A stretch of 64,000 bases of DNA, taken from positions 191,228-255,227 of the forward strand of contig NIVC01001651.1 of assembly GCA_002269645.1 (NCBI GenBank), written 5' to 3'. The stretch's first letter is position 1; each line of letters begins with the position of its first letter. The DNA is from Macrostomum lignano. Lineage: Eukaryota. Under the pieces are notes generated by a model. The model was not told where the DNA came from. It was given only the letters and a program-made list of their open reading frames with translations, and did no database searches. Below are positions 33,969-47,988 of the stretch, piece after piece. Made by a program: the position numbers and the translations under genes.

Positions 33969-36279
33969 AAACTCTTTAACTCCCGTTATTATTTTCAGTT
34001 GCCGGACCCGTGCCGATCTGGGCGAACGCGATTTCCTATTCGTTTCGAGATAGCAATGTATTGCCAGGGCCAAATTTATTTATAACTAGCAGACTACTTC
34101 ACTAGCACTTCCTGTGCCTAGGGATTCAAGTATTTTACGGTATCGCTTTTCTTTAAAATACTCAATGCATTTTTATAAACAACTAAAATCCTATACTTTC
34201 TATTTAATGTGTGTTGTGTAGCCAAGGCTTGAAGTTTCCAGTTGAGTTGAACAGTAAAGTGCTAGGTGCGCACAGTGGCTTTATTTATATATTTGTTATT
34301 TAGAAAAAACTACATGATCGATATTTTAACTAAACTAGAAAAACTGCACGATCGATAAATTATAAAAGAGCTAGCTACAGATATCACGTGATTAAATTAG
34401 GTTTAAACTATACAGATAATTTATCAACTACTCTACTTAAAGTGGCAGTATAAGTAAAAGACAATAATAATAATATAGTTAGCATTTGCGTTATAGAATA
34501 AATATTTAGTATAGGGTAGATTAGCGTAACAGTATATCAATAATAATAAGTTGGTCTGTCAGGTTACACGACACAACAATATGTACCTCCTATGTAAGTT
34601 GCATAAAATGTTGAATTGCAATTTCAGTATACAAAGTATCAGTGCAATTTTCGCGCAAAATAAAATTGAAATTTCTGTATATTGAACTGAAAATGCTATT
34701 ACAAAGTGTTATACAGTTAGAAGACTGTCTGCACATTTTATTTTGTCTAGAATTCAATACCTTACTGCTGAAATTGCGCTGGGCAAAGCAAAATCTGCTT
34801 GATAGGGCGATTTTAATAAATTTATCAATTTTCTATGCATTGTACTTAATACGTTTGTTTTTTATTAGCAAGCTATTTCCAACGTCATCATTTATTTACT
34901 TTAAAATTTAAAATAAACGATAATTTGATGCTTGAACAACAAAACATTTTTTATTTAAAATTGCAAATTTTGTTTTGGTGCTTGTGCTCCTTTATTAAAC
35001 GTTCTACACGATAAATTTTAAATGTTATAATATTTGGATTTCATACAGCAAAGAGAACTTTGTCATCAAAATTGTCTAACACAGAATTCCCATGTGTTAA
35101 TTAGTTCATTCAGCTCTGAAATTGGTAGCAGTACCAGCATACGCTGGGGTACAAATTTGGATTGATGTGTGGCGGCCCTCCCCTGTCCATGGACTGAACA
35201 GTCGTCAACAGTTTTGGAAGCGCTTTCTACTAATTTGTATTACTTCTTTCGATTTTATTTTTTGCAAAGTCTAGTTCACCTTAATTCAATCGATCCCGGT
35301 TTCTCGAACAATTTTTTTACTTGATTTTTATCCCTTCTTCTTTTTCTTCCTGTCTTTCTCCTCGATCCCTCCCCTCTCCTTTGTCCCTGTCTTCCTTCTT
35401 GCCATTTTCCCCTTCGTCCTTTTCCACTTTTCTTCCTGTCATCTTTCTCCCCTTTTCTCCCAATCATCCTTCTTCTCATTTCTTCCCTTCTTCCTTCTCC
35501 ATTTCACTCCCCTTTCTCTTAACTATATCCCACCTTTCCACCTTTTCCTTAATCTTTTAATTTCCCCTTACCCAACCGGAGCACCGATCGAAGGAACTCA
35601 TGCAAACTAATCAGCCAACTGAGAATGAAAACCAGTGCAAATTCAACAGACCAAATTGAACAGGAAAATACGCAACAGCACTAAGCAACTGTTCCTAATA
35701 TAAAGTAGAGGAATTAGACGGATCAATAAAAATATATAAGTGAAAATCAACATAGATTTTATTCTCCAATTTGTCCCACTTAACTACTACAATTCCAGGT
35801 TAAATCACTTGCCGTCCTTAACAACAAGGGCTGCTAATTAAGCTTGCCGTCCTTTGCAATTTTGAGCAGAAAATCACGCCATTAAAATTTTACAAAACTT
35901 TTTTAAAACACAAAACAAAACTTAAAAACTTATATAAAAAATAGCAACACTTGAATATACAAGATGTAAAATTTTCTTACCAAGTTTGCTTTGATTCAGA
36001 AATTTTTAATGTAACTGTATACTACGTCATAAATAAACTTAGCGTAGTACTTAGATACTTTATTTAAAAAATTCCTTAATTTCATACTTCGATGAATCGA
36101 TGTCGATCGAATTGATTGATCCTGATTGAAATAAGAAACCCCAAATTCTAAGTTTCAATCCGAATACTCAAAAGTCCAATCCCAGATCCGAAATTCCGAT
36201 CCCAGATCCTACAATCAAATCCCGAATCATTAAATTCAATCCCAAATTTAAGAAATTCAGTCCCAGATGCCAAACTCAG

Positions 36280-37650
36280 ATCGTGTTGACCACCACGCCG
36301 ACGCTCGCCGCAACGGCAACTAGCTTGTCCAGCTGGCGTTTAGCGCCCTCGACGGTCGAGGACAGCAGGGCGAGGTCGTCGGCGTAGCCAAGCACGCTGA
36401 GCCGCTTCTCCGGTTGACGTCGACCCACGCGTCGCCGCAGCAGAAAGCCGTCGTCGTCGGTGGTAAGAGCAGTCCGCAGCACCCAGTCAAGCACCAGGAC
36501 GAACAGGAACGGCGCAGCGTATCTCGCTGAAGCACTCTGGAGGATGTCTCAAACGAGTCCGATAGGACGTCCGGTTTTGTCACAGCAGCTGTCGTATCAC
36601 GGTAAATCGCCATGATGGCGGAGATCAGCTGCTCAGGCAGGTTGTACGTGCGAGCACCATTGGAAGCACGGCTCTGACAACCGAGTCGAAAGCCTTCTTG
36701 AAATCAATAAAGATTAGAATCAGGATCGACTGGCGAATCCGCGCCTCCTCGATGACTCGGCGAAGAGCCAGGATCTGCGCCACTGTGCCGCGATGGGGCC
36801 AGAACCCGTTCTGCTCTGGGCGCAGGTACGGATCCAGCACGGGCTGCAACCGCGAAAGCAGCATCTGGTTGAATAGCTTCGCTGCACAGGACTGAAGGCA
36901 GATGCCTCGATGGTCTTCAAGCCTAGTGGTGCCCGGCTTCTTTGGAACAGCGACGATGTGCGCCGTGGTCCATTCGTTGGGCCTCACCGAAGAGCACGCG
37001 GTTCATCACTCTGGCGACCTCGATCAGCAGCCACAAGGGGATGCGCAGCGCCTCGATGGGCACCTCGTCCGGACCTTGCGCTTTCCCGCCCGGTGACTGC
37101 TGGGCGAGCTTGACAACGCCGGCTGCGTTAACTGGGGCTACGCTGAAACTCTCCTCTGCCGGCAACGGCGTCTCCGGCGGCAGCGTCAGACTGTCTGGCA
37201 GCGGGGGTGGCGGCGCGTTGACGATGGCGGCGAAGAACTCGCGCAGCTCGTTCCTGCGCTCGTCCGGAGTGTCACCAGCCAGGTTCAGCGGATTGCGCAG
37301 CTTTCGCCCCGTCAGAGCGTTGATGGCGGACCAGGCCACGCGCCCCTGGCATCGGGCCCAGCGGCAGAGACAAGCCTGAATGGCGTCATCGACAGCCGCT
37401 TGTTGGCGCTGCACTGAAGGTAGACAGCCGCCAGTGCTGGCTCTGCCTCGCGGATTGGTCGCCTGCTCAAGCGGAGCCTCTCTAGATCTTCCCTCGCTGC
37501 CTGAATCGCGGGGTCATTCTGCCAGACCGGCTGCCCACGTTGAGCCAGTTGCATCATCGGGACTGCTAGCTCCGCGGCGGTTCTGACTGCAGCGCACACT
37601 TCCGCATACTCGGCACTTCCACGCTTGTCGCCCAGCGCAGTGTTAAAGGC
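36280..37650 (-). mobile_element. RTE-like non-LTR retrotransposon fragment (RT domain, frameshifted, both ends truncated)
   Basis: VPKKPG...DHRGICLQSCAAKLFN, LRPEQNGF, FIDFKKAFDSV, GYADDLALL. GC-rich block embedded in an AAATCCAATCCCAGATCCT minisatellite. Confidence 0.85.
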
Positions 37651-37659
37651 TAAAGATAC

Positions 37660-37855
37660 TAAATTCTGATCCCAGATCCTAAACTCTAGTTCCAGATCCT
37701 AAAATCCAATCCCAGATCCTAAAATCCAATCCCATAATCCTAAAGTCCAATCCCATATTCTAAAATCCAATCCCAGATCCTAAAATCCAATCCCAGATCC
37801 GAAAATCCAATTCTAGATCCAAAATCCAATCCCTAATCCTAAAATCCAATCCCAT
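37660..37855. repeat. 19-bp minisatellite AAATCCAATCCCAGATCCT (degenerate continuation at about 36140-36280)
   Basis: About 10 tandem units; related units lie on the other side of the RTE fragment. Confidence 0.8.
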
Positions 37856-38200
37856 GTAACACAACGACAATCCTATAATATTCTAAATCTATTATAATAA
37901 TTGTTTATTCGAACAAATCCTACATACTCAATTGAATTCCTAAACAAAAATCCTATCGAAATGTAGGTTCCAGTTTTATAATTTTAATCGCATAGGTCTT
38001 AAAATTGTGAAATCTCAGATCTAATCATAACCTCCAATTTTAAGATCTTGACTTCCATTCCCATATCGTAGGCTCCAATCACAAACAGCAACTTTAGAGG
38101 ATCTTTGGGCTCTAAATTTTAAATCCCAAATTTTAATTCCTCATAGTCTCAGGTACTTTTTTAAAGATCCCCAGTCTTTCAGAAAATGAGGAAAATAATG

Positions 38201-38505
38201 ATAAAGTTTTTCGTTCAGAAAATTAGGATTCTATGTTAATTTTTTATTCTACATTTCTACGTATGTTCTGTATCTAAAAATCACAAAAATGCATGACATA
38301 GCTCCAATATTTGGTTTTATGAATCTATATTATCATTTCTGTCACAAATCTTTGCTACACAGTCAGGTAAGAATGATAAAATAGACTCATAAAACCAAAG
38401 AGCCGAGCCGTGGCATTTTACGTATTTCAGACACAAGGCACTTGAAAATATACGTAGAATAAAAAATTAACATAGAATCCTAATTTTCTGAACGAAAAGC
38501 TTTAT
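38201..38505. mobile_element. Foldback MITE with about 55-bp outer TIRs and an inner inverted repeat
   Basis: TTTCGTTCAGAAAATTAGGATTCTATGTTAATTTTTTATTCTAC pairs with GTAGAATAAAAAATTAACATAGAATCCTAATTTTCTGAACGAAA. The inner pair is TTTGGTTTTATGAATCTAT / ATAGACTCATAAAACCAAA. Confidence 0.7.
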
Positions 38506-40489
38506 AAATATCGATAGAGCAATAAAAAAGGCACAACATATCAAAATATCAACACTGGATCTGCCTCCTATCAAAAGTTATAGCAATTTTTGTGCTGAAA
38601 AAATGAAAATTTCCTATCTCCGCAGTGTATTTTTTCGGGAAAAAGTGCCTTCAAAAATTTTCTAAGAAACGAGGTTTCCCGTCCTTCTACTTAAGTCGTC
38701 CTTGTTATGCAGTGTGTACACTCGATATCTAGCAATAGACACGTACAGTTCACTTTAAAATCTGCAAACAGGCCTTTGTGAAAGAGAAAGCACTGCACCT
38801 CCTTATACGAGTAGTGCATCATTTTATTAAAAAGTAAACCAGCTACAACGATGGAAATTTCGCATACATCGTATTCAGAGACTGATGATGTCATCACAGA
38901 GAATGCTGAAACCTGAAACCGAGTCACTGGATTCCATTGCAGCTAAATAGGACTTTTTTCACCCATTTTTATGATCAGCGTTGCTGACCATGCTCGGCAG
39001 GAACGGCTACTGTGCAGCATATAACCAGCAGTAAAGGCTGTTGGTCCATGGTTAGCTCTGCTGCCCATCTGGCAGCTTAAAGTTAACACTACCAGGGGGG
39101 TGAGTGAGAGGGGTCAAACGCGTTTGCCTCTCGCAGCACGGTCCCTGAGCTCGATTCCGCGGCGAGGCCCACGTACATGTACATTAATTTGAGGCGCAGC
39201 CGCGGAGAGAAGGCTTGGGGGGGGCTTTTCGTGCAATTTACGCCCATGAGGGCCAACCTCCAATTAAAGACACCGAGAGAATGTACACTGCCTGACGATG
39301 ACAAAGTCAGAGCAGATGTACACATTTGTGTGAGTGCGTGCCTGCGTACGGTATCTGTGTGCGTGTGTGCTCAATCAGGAGTCAGTAGAATGGGCGGAGT
39401 TGCCTCCTCGCTGGCTGCCGGTCTACTGTCAACTGTTACCAAATGTGCCAGTGCTCACAGCCCTCCTGCAAATAAGAATAATAATAAAATAAGCAACACT
39501 ACACACAGAACCGTAAACTAAACATTTATTTACCCCGATATGTCCATTAACATGTACGATATAAAACAGCAGTCATGCGCCAATTTAAGATTATGCACAC
39601 TTACGCCACATAAATGTGTCGAACTACAAATATCTTACATGTACATACAGCTGTAGTCGCTAAAATATCACACATAAAATATGTGAAAATAAAATAACAC
39701 TAAAATATCACAAATCTAAATTTCCTATCTCCGTAGTGTATTTTTTCGGGAGAAAGTGTCTTCAAAAATTTTCTAAGAATAGGCATTCTATGATTCGAAA
39801 ATGCCTGTCATTCAGGTACAGGTCACGGAGAGCTCTAAAAATCGATACACGTCAGTTTCAGATGGACACTTTTGTGCCTGTAAATTTCCAATCCGATTTA
39901 TTCAGTAGAAAATGCTGTACGAGGACTTCAAAAATACGCTACGGAGATATAGGAGCAGAGCGAAAATGCCTGATATTTTCCAGTCACTACGAGCTATAAT
40001 GAATCATGAAAATGCTTAAAAATCGACATACATGTACGTCAGTTTCAAATGGGAAATTTTGTGCCTGTAAAGTTTCGTGGTTATCCATTAAGCCCAATAA
40101 GTCCTTAATATTTTGTTTACCATCGACTCTAAATCTGAATATCGCTCGGGAAACGAATAAATTGTCTGTGAAAGATCAGGGACGAAAATGAAAAATTCCG
40201 ATTTTTCTGTATAATAATTTTTTTACCTAAATCCAACATCGGCACACACTTAGTTAAGTTTTTATAGTAAAGCACTATTTTTTATAATTTTTTTATAAAA
40301 CTTTTTAGCTTAGTAAAATTATTCCTTGAAAATGCACTAACATTGCTAAGTTTTGTTTGTATGCTTTAATAATTGAGTTTCTCTTCTATATAAGCCGTCA
40401 TACAGATACACGTAAGAAATTCTAATACTTACGTACACTACTACATACTGCTTTACTATTTTGAAGCTTACAACAAGAAACAGTCATCC

Positions 40490-41387
40490 ATGAAAAGTAA
40501 TTTAATTTTACTTTTTCTGGGCTTATTGTTTATTTACGGTGAATGTCAGCAGAAAGTTCTTCTCTCTAGCGTGCAATCAATAACACTCCACAGTGAAAAG
40601 TTTACCACAGCGCGGAGAGGATCGCCAATACCTCAACTTCGTTGCATTCCAACTGTTATACCTTGTAAATCTCTTCCAAGCACAGTGCAATGTTACAATA
40701 AAGGAACGGATGGACTAGACGTGCAGTGGAAATGCGAGGCTCAATTGCCAAAAAGTGTTCAGTTCGACACAATACAGGTAAGCTAAATAGTTTTTAGATG
40801 CTACAGTTTATGTTTAAGAATAATGACAGAGTAACATTGCATTGCAGGTCAGCTGTGAAGGCTACGATCACCCATCTGATCCCTACATTCTTGCTGGCTC
40901 TTGCGGTTTGACGTTCTCACTGAAGCCAACTGGAATTCATCATCACAAGCATAGTCATCATGGACATCACCACCATCATCAGCACAACGCGCACTATGAA
41001 GTGCACACTGTGCGAAGTAGTGCCACGGTGCCAATTATTTCCGGCATACTATTGGTAGTTGTGCTGATTGGCCTAGTGTTACTAGCCTACAGAATTTGTC
41101 CCTGCCATCCGACGCATCCGACAATGCTTAGCGACACTCCGCCGACCTATTATTGTCGAACTCAGTACAAACCGCTGGTCGATGAGTGCAGCGGCGGCCA
41201 CAACGGTCCTGGTTTTTGGACTGGAGCGGCAATTGGCGGCGCTGCTGGATACCTGGTTGGCAGCTCGGGCCCGACGGTGGCTGATACGACAGTTGTCCAG
41301 ACATGCGTGATATCATCTGACGATGATTCCTGCGATGAAGACGAAGTCGTAACATCGGCCGGCTACGCGTCGACCTGGAGACGATAG
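40490..41387 (+). CDS. SARAF: Store-operated calcium entry-associated regulatory factor (SARAF/TMEM66), 2 exons, about 275 aa
   Basis: Signal peptide, then KVLLSSVQSITLH...TTARRGSPIPQLRC...VQCYNKGTDGLDVQWKCEA / VSCEGYDHPSDPYILAGSCGL, a TM helix, PGFWTGAAIGGAAGYL and terminal TSAGYASTWRR. Intron 40778-40847 (GT-AG, phase 0). Confidence 0.93.
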
Positions 41388-41884
41388 TTTTTTTAACTTC
41401 AGCAAAGTTTTTAACACTCGGGCGTTGACAAGCAATACGTTTCAAAGCCAAGTTTATTGTGTTCGCAAAAATATTTAAAACGCTGAATCTTTCGGCTTGA
41501 TTCTATTTCAATACTTTTACACGTAAAAAGATTCTGCTCATTTAAATGTAATTTGACCTCCCGTATTCCCCATCGTCTTTTACTCTCAAATGCTTCGCTG
41601 AATCTTGTCCATTTTAGAATATTTAATTTCAGTATATTGGATTACGGATTGCTGCAGCTTCAAAAATACATGACTGCATGTACATGTACATTCTCATATG
41701 TTTTTATAAGTATTGCATCTTTAAATATAAATCGTTATAGTAATTGTGCATGCCTGCACTCTGGTAGGTTGTTTATTTTTCAATCTGTCCAATCAGTTAT
41801 TTAAACCAAAAACTCATGGTTTACACTGCTATTGTATCATTGTATCATTTCTCACTGAAAATTGGGATAGAAATGACATCGGGG

Positions 41885-42505
41885 GAAATTTCTGAGATTT
41901 CAAGGCTCACCCAGGGAGGGGGGGTAATAGCTGAAATATGTCATTGCTTACGGGGATATTTCTGAGATCTCAAGGCTTACTGGGGGAATTTCTGAGATCT
42001 CAAGGCCTACTGGGGGAATTTCTGAGATCTCAAGTCTCACAGGGGAAAATCGCTGAAATATCATTGCTTACGGGGATATTTCTGAGATCTCGAAGCTTAC
42101 TGGGGAAATTTCTGAGATCTTAAGGCTTACTGGGGGAATTTCTGAGATCTCAAGGCTTATTGGGGCATTGCTGAGATGTCAAGGCTCACGGGGAATAGCT
42201 GAAAAGTCATGGCTTACATGTATGAGGGAATTGCTGGAAATGTCAAGGCTCACGGGGAATAGCTGAAAAGTCATGGCTTACATGTATGAGGGAATTGCTG
42301 GAGATGTCAAGGCTCACGGGGAATAGCTGAAAAGTCATGGCTTACATGTATGAGGGAATTGCTGGAGATGTCAAGGCTCACGGGGAATAGCTGAAAAGTC
42401 ATGGCTTACATGTATGAGGGAATTGCTGGAGATGTCAAGGCTCACGGGGAATAGCTGAAAAGTCATGACTTACATGTATGAAGGAATTGCTGAGATGTCA
42501 AGGCT
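41885..42505. repeat. Compound tandem array: 30-bp units (about 41885-42170), then 61-62-bp units (about 42170-42505)
   Basis: CTGAGATCTCAAGGCTTACTGGGGGAATTT, then GAGATGTCAAGGCTCACGGGGAATAGCTGAAAAGTCATGGCTTACATGTATGAGGGAATTGCT, which contains variants of the shorter unit. Confidence 0.85.
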
Positions 42506-43374
42506 GAGGTCAGAAGCTAATTTGTAGTTTATTCAAAAAATTGTATTCCATTTTTTGTTTTTGGCTCCCCTAAAAGGGAGGGCGCTGATTGGCATTGCTA
42601 GTTTCTCACTGAAAATTGGGATGGCTGAGTTGACCAATGGTTTGGGGTACTCAATATTCAACGCTGCTGTAGTGTATGACGTATGAGTGAATTTCTTGCC
42701 ATAGTTTTGCTTTCATCAGATTGGTCCAGTGTTTTCGTTTTGTTATTTCTTAGTGGTTTTATACAATGCATTTCTCTATTCTATAATTTTGAAACCACTT
42801 TTCAAGAAACAAAACTGGTTGACTCAGAGAGAGAAGTCTAAGCTGCTGTTACTCGCATGTTGCAACCGGGGACAGATATTAGACCGCTTTAAACCGGTAG
42901 TGGAAGCGATATTAACTCAACGTCTATTATCAAGAACTATCGGATCGATAAAAATGAGTTTCTCACCATTGCGCATGGCAGGAATATCAGGAACACTGCG
43001 CATGTGAATTTTGAGCGCGCGCAAGTCCACCGGGTTCCTCACTTCACTGTCAAAAAGTTGGACTGACTATCGATTTATTCATATCTTCACTGTACCGCCA
43101 GATCGTCAACGTGCTGCATGCTTCGTAAAACAGTGTACATGTAGATTCTTTAACACTGCTCTGCTCGGCTCTCGGGCAGAGAAGTGGAGTGTAAAGCATT
43201 TAATAATAGTAAGAAAGAAAACATCTGCCCTCGCTTTTAAATACATTATACAATTTAGACCACTAATTCAGTGTGAATTACCAATACTGTGACCAGTACT
43301 AATAGTAGCGTCTTGTGCTCGTAACTCTCACGTTGTCATGCGGCACAGAAGTACAGTAAATCGATCAGCGACCC

Positions 43375-44040
43375 TCCCCAGTCAATAAAGCCAACCACCC
43401 TCCACAGTCAATAAAGCCAACCACCCCTCCCCAGTCGATAGAGCCAACCACCCTCCACAGTCAATAAAGCTAACCACCCCTCCCCAGTCGATAGAGCCAA
43501 CCACCCTCCACAGTCAATAAAGCCAACCACCCCTCCCCAGTCGATAGAGCCAACCACCCTCCACAGTCAATAAAGCCAACCACCCCTCCTCAGTCGATAA
43601 AAGCGGTCGATAAAGCCAGCCACCCCTACTTATCTACCTTCAGAGTTTAAAATCCTTCAACCCTTTAGCTCGTAATAAATCTAACCACCTCCTACCTAAT
43701 CACCCTTAATCGGTGAAAAAACAAGCCATTTCGCAGATTCCAGCAATCTATTACTAGATCAAAGAAATTTCTGGTTTCCAATTTATCTAGCCTTTGGTCT
43801 CATCTGAATGATAAGATTTTTCTTGGGACGATTATTGCAATTTTCTCTTATAGTTTTCTTTTACAATAATGTGCAAACCAACCCCTCTCCGCCTTAACCA
43901 TCAAACCAACCCACCTCACGCACTCCTCTCTGCCTTAACCATCAAACCAACCACCTCACGTAACCCTCTCCGCCTTTACCATCAAACCAACCACCTCACG
44001 TACCCCTCTCTGCCTTAACCATCAAACCAAACATTTCACG
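43375..44040. repeat. Two C/A-rich minisatellites: 26-27-bp units (about 43375-43625) and about 40-bp units (about 43880-44040)
   Basis: CAGTCAATAAAGCCAACCACCCTCCA and CCTCTCCGCCTTAACCATCAAACCAACCACCTCACG. Confidence 0.85.
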
Positions 44041-44148
44041 CACCTCTAAACGTCCCAATATACTTTAAGGCCCGAAGTCTGCGTACCGCACATGTCTATT
44101 CAAGACCAATTTAAAAAAATACAAGACGAAACCTTCCTTCAACTCCAG

Positions 44149-44960
44149 CGATGGAAAAATTTCCAAGGCGGAGATGCAAGCCTACTTCACTCGGATAGAC
44201 TCGCAAGCGCTCAAGATGAGCTTTAGCCACAATTTCCACGTGAACACGTACTTCCGGCCAACTTTCTGCGACAGATGCTCCGGCCTGTTGTGGGGCATCC
44301 GACGACAGGGCTGGAAGTGCCGAGACTGCGGCATCAGCGTGCACAAGCACTGCAAAGACGCTGTTGTCGTTGAGTGCCGGGGCCACGGCACGAGGCACGG
44401 TTCCTTGGCTGATGGTAAGTGGCGAGGCTGCTGTGAGCCGATTGGGTCCAAATTTATCAACAATACAACAGCGACAGAATACGCTGCCAGTAGGTCTTAA
44501 AATATAAATGACGTCCCTCGCGACTAAAGCGGTCCTCCAAGATTCGTCGCGAGTTTAAATGTCACTTTTTTGGACGCAAATTATTGATAAGTAAACAAAC
44601 GCTTCAGGCTCGAATTCTGGCAGCAACGGCAGATCGATTTCCAATTCGGCCTCCGCCTCCGGCGGTTCCGCTTCATCAGCTTCACCATCTCCGTCATCGC
44701 AGCGGGCCGACAGGGTGAAAGAAAGTCAAACTGAGCCGGACAGCCTGGTGACTGAAGCGGTAAGAGTTGCTCAGGCTCAGGAGAGCTCCCGGCTGCAGCA
44801 GGAGGCCATGGAGCTGCGTGAAACTGTAGCTAGACAGTCTGCGCTTCGCCAATATATCAGCGACCCCCAGCTTCATTGTGCAGCAGAGCAAGACACTCGG
44901 GTTGCCATTGGACACGGAGATCTGAGTCTTGGGAGCCGATGCGAAATCACGAGCCTCTGA
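44149..44960 (+). CDS. RASGRP: Last two exons of a RasGRP-like gene (EF-hand end, C1 domain, Ser-rich linker, C-terminal coiled coil)
   Basis: Exon 44149-44414: DGKISKAEMQAYF...HNFHVNTYFRPTFCDRCSGLLWGIRRQGWKCRDCGISVHKHCKDAVVVECR, the EF-hand plus C1 arrangement of RasGRP. Exon 44608-44960 is in phase. Upstream GEF exons were not located. Confidence 0.75.
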
Positions 44961-45184
44961 GACACAGAGTCTGACTGATATCTGCATCAATTTCGATCAG
45001 TGCACATTAGTTTAGCTAGAATAGTTTGTCAGCACTAATAGATCTTGATGTTCGTCTGTGCTAGATTAGTTAGCTAGTGTTGTGCCTGTAAATATACGTT
45101 GTAGAGTATCTATGTTGTGTCAGTATTTATAGATCAACTACTAGCTATTATTGTCTCAGTTTATATATAATAAATACTGAAGCT

Positions 45185-45520
45185 TGATAGATTAGATAGA
45201 TCAGATACGAGTACACTTTAGAACAGATATATCAGATAGATCAGATAGATCAGATAGAACAGATAGATTAGATGGATCAGAAAGATCAGATAGATAATAT
45301 ATATCGGATAGATCAGATAGATTAGATAGATCAGATACAAATGTAGATCAGATAGATCAGATAGATCGGATAGATCAGATAGATCAGATAGATCGGATAG
45401 ATCAGATAGATCAGATAGATCGGATAGATCAGATAGATCGGATAGATCAGATAGATCAGATAGAACAGATAGATCGGATAGAACAGATAGATCAATTATA
45501 TCAGATAGAACCGATAAAAC
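45185..45520. repeat. (GATAGATCA)n microsatellite
   Basis: Dozens of 9-bp units with variants. Confidence 0.95.
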
Positions 45521-45696
45521 AAATAAATTGATAATAAAATTCGATCATAAGTTCCATAGATGGATAGACTGGACACAAAACTGTTAATCTCGCACAGATA
45601 TTATAAATACGCTCGTATTAAAGATGTAACGAACTTGTTTAAGATCCAATTTTATTCATAAGTACTAATCTGACTAATTAGCACAATTAAAATAAT

Positions 45697-47570
45697 TGTC
45701 ACGCGGATAATCGTTGCTCTTGTTGAGGTCAGAGGTCTGACATTGTTGCGGGATGGTGATAGAACTACGTATCGTGCAGTTAACGGTCGATTTTCAGATG
45801 CTTAGAAGCAAAAAACGCAAAATATACTACTATCTGAAAATGAGGTAAGTAGTATATGAAAAAGCTATCCTAAGCGTGATATATGTATTTCATAGCATAC
45901 TTCTATACTCGTATGTACTCGTATATGTACATTAATCCCATGTACTTTTATATGTAAATTAATTCCTATCTATCCCAATTCTATATGTACATTGTCTACT
46001 TGTATATGTGTGGTAGGGCTCCTAGGAATTTATCGTTAATTACGCGAATAATTTATTATTATTATATTACTAATAACTTGCGAGAGTATACTAACGTGCG
46101 CAATTAATTCACTGGAAGATCCTGCACATGCGAGAACGAATAGTTTACCGTATATGTGTGACAAGAGATCCACCAGTTGTTTTACTGCACTGTTTCTGCG
46201 GGTATATAAATACCGCACGCACCGATTCGAATTCGGCCCCTCCCCCTCCCTTTTGCCGTGTTGACTCTTGTTCTCGTAGGCCAGACTGTGTGCTCTCAGT
46301 TTAGTATTGTCTTGTAGGATCGGCCCGGTGTGCCTGACAAAATATTAGTTCATGACTAGTTATTAGTGACTATTGAGTCTTAGTTGAGCACTGCTCCTAG
46401 TCCTAAGTACTAAGTTAGATTAGTCAACTAAATCTTAGCTCTAACAGACTGTGTTACTACTGTCCAATTCTGTTTTTCGCGCACTCCCGAGGACCTGTCT
46501 GCTGGGGGGTAGCCTGGGTGGACTCGGTCCTAGCACCGTCCCTGATTCCACTGTTGGTTTGGCGGTGTCTTGTACCGTAGGTTTGGGTCAACTCGCCCAC
46601 CCGCGCTTTGAGCCGGGTCCAATCCCAATGCATCCATAGGGTATCTCGGGCCCTGGACAGTTAATGCCTTGGCCCCTGGTAGTGCCCCTCGCGGCAGAGC
46701 CCACCCCGGGCTGATCCGCGGGTAGCAATGCTTCCCACCCTCGTTTAACAACAACAACAGACTGTGTTGGTAAGGACACAGGAGGCCGAGCTTATCTTTG
46801 TGTTTTTGTTCATCAATTTTGTTAAGGTTAATTAGTATTTTCTGCTGGTGCGCTAGTTCCAATATTTGTTAATTTTCGTTTAATTAGTAATTACAATTGA
46901 CAATTGGCAGTGATTTAGTTATCGTTTAATCTAAGTTCTAATTCAAGTTATTCCAATCTTCTTTGATAGCGGTTTTGGCTCAGTCATTTGATCATAACTT
47001 CGATTGGTGGCAGCGATCTACCTTTCGTGACAATTAATAGTTTGGGACTGAATTATCGATACATTGGGGAACGTAACTTATCGAGAAATTATTGGCATTG
47101 CTCTATCAGACCATCTCAGGGTACCGCTCTTCGACTGGTGCAAAATAAGCAGTTTTGCCTTAGACCAATTCTCGGAAAGCTACCGAAAGTTAAAGTTATC
47201 TGGGACTCATGTCCACCCGGAAATAGAGAAACCAGTCACTCCGCTCACTAAGAGTTCGCGGACAAGAGGTCCGTCTGAGCCAGGCCAGACGCTGAGTCAT
47301 CTGAGTGCTAAAGTGCGTGTGAGTCATAGTCTGCCGACAAACAAAGACCGTAGGGACCAGGAGGCCCAGAGGAAAACTATAGTTCCGCGAGCCATAGGGC
47401 CCATAGGAAATTATAGGGCACTCGCGACAGGAGGTCCGTTTGAACTCCGCGCTGGAATTAATATTCTTGGTAGACTACTCGCCAGCAGTAGCCCAGTTAG
47501 CGTTAGTCGCAATTTCATAGTTAAAGTCATCAACCACACCGGAGTTTTAATTAAACAAAGACCCGTTACA
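45697..47570 (+). mobile_element. Probable long LTR (TG...CA) of a Gypsy element; 5' boundary tentative
   Basis: TGTCACG start, TATATAAA at about 46203, ends GTTACA directly before PBS TGGTAGCGACGGTGGGATT (47573-47591). Confidence 0.55.
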
Positions 47571-47988
47571 TTTGGTAGCGACGGTGGGATTTGCTAGCCA
47601 AGCCGTCAAGTTTAATCAGCAAAGCCCGTTGCATATGTACACTGCATACTTATACGAGTATATGTATTTGCGCATTAAACCCCAATCTACTTCTATGACA
47701 ATTTCTATATGTACACAATGTCTACTTCTATATATGTACATTAATCCCCAATCCGCACGACAGTCCTGCTGTATTTGAATCACTCTATACAACAGCCAAC
47801 CCCAAAAAACAAGAATATACGTACATTCCAACTCTCAGAGTAGAGGAAAATTTCTTACTCGAAACACTATAATTGCTGCCCCAGTAGGGAATCATGCAAA
47901 AATAATGCATTTCAGGTAGCAGACGTGTCAGCACTGAGTTCAAGCTTACAGCAACAGAACAGAGACACTGAGCCTGATCACAGAATGA

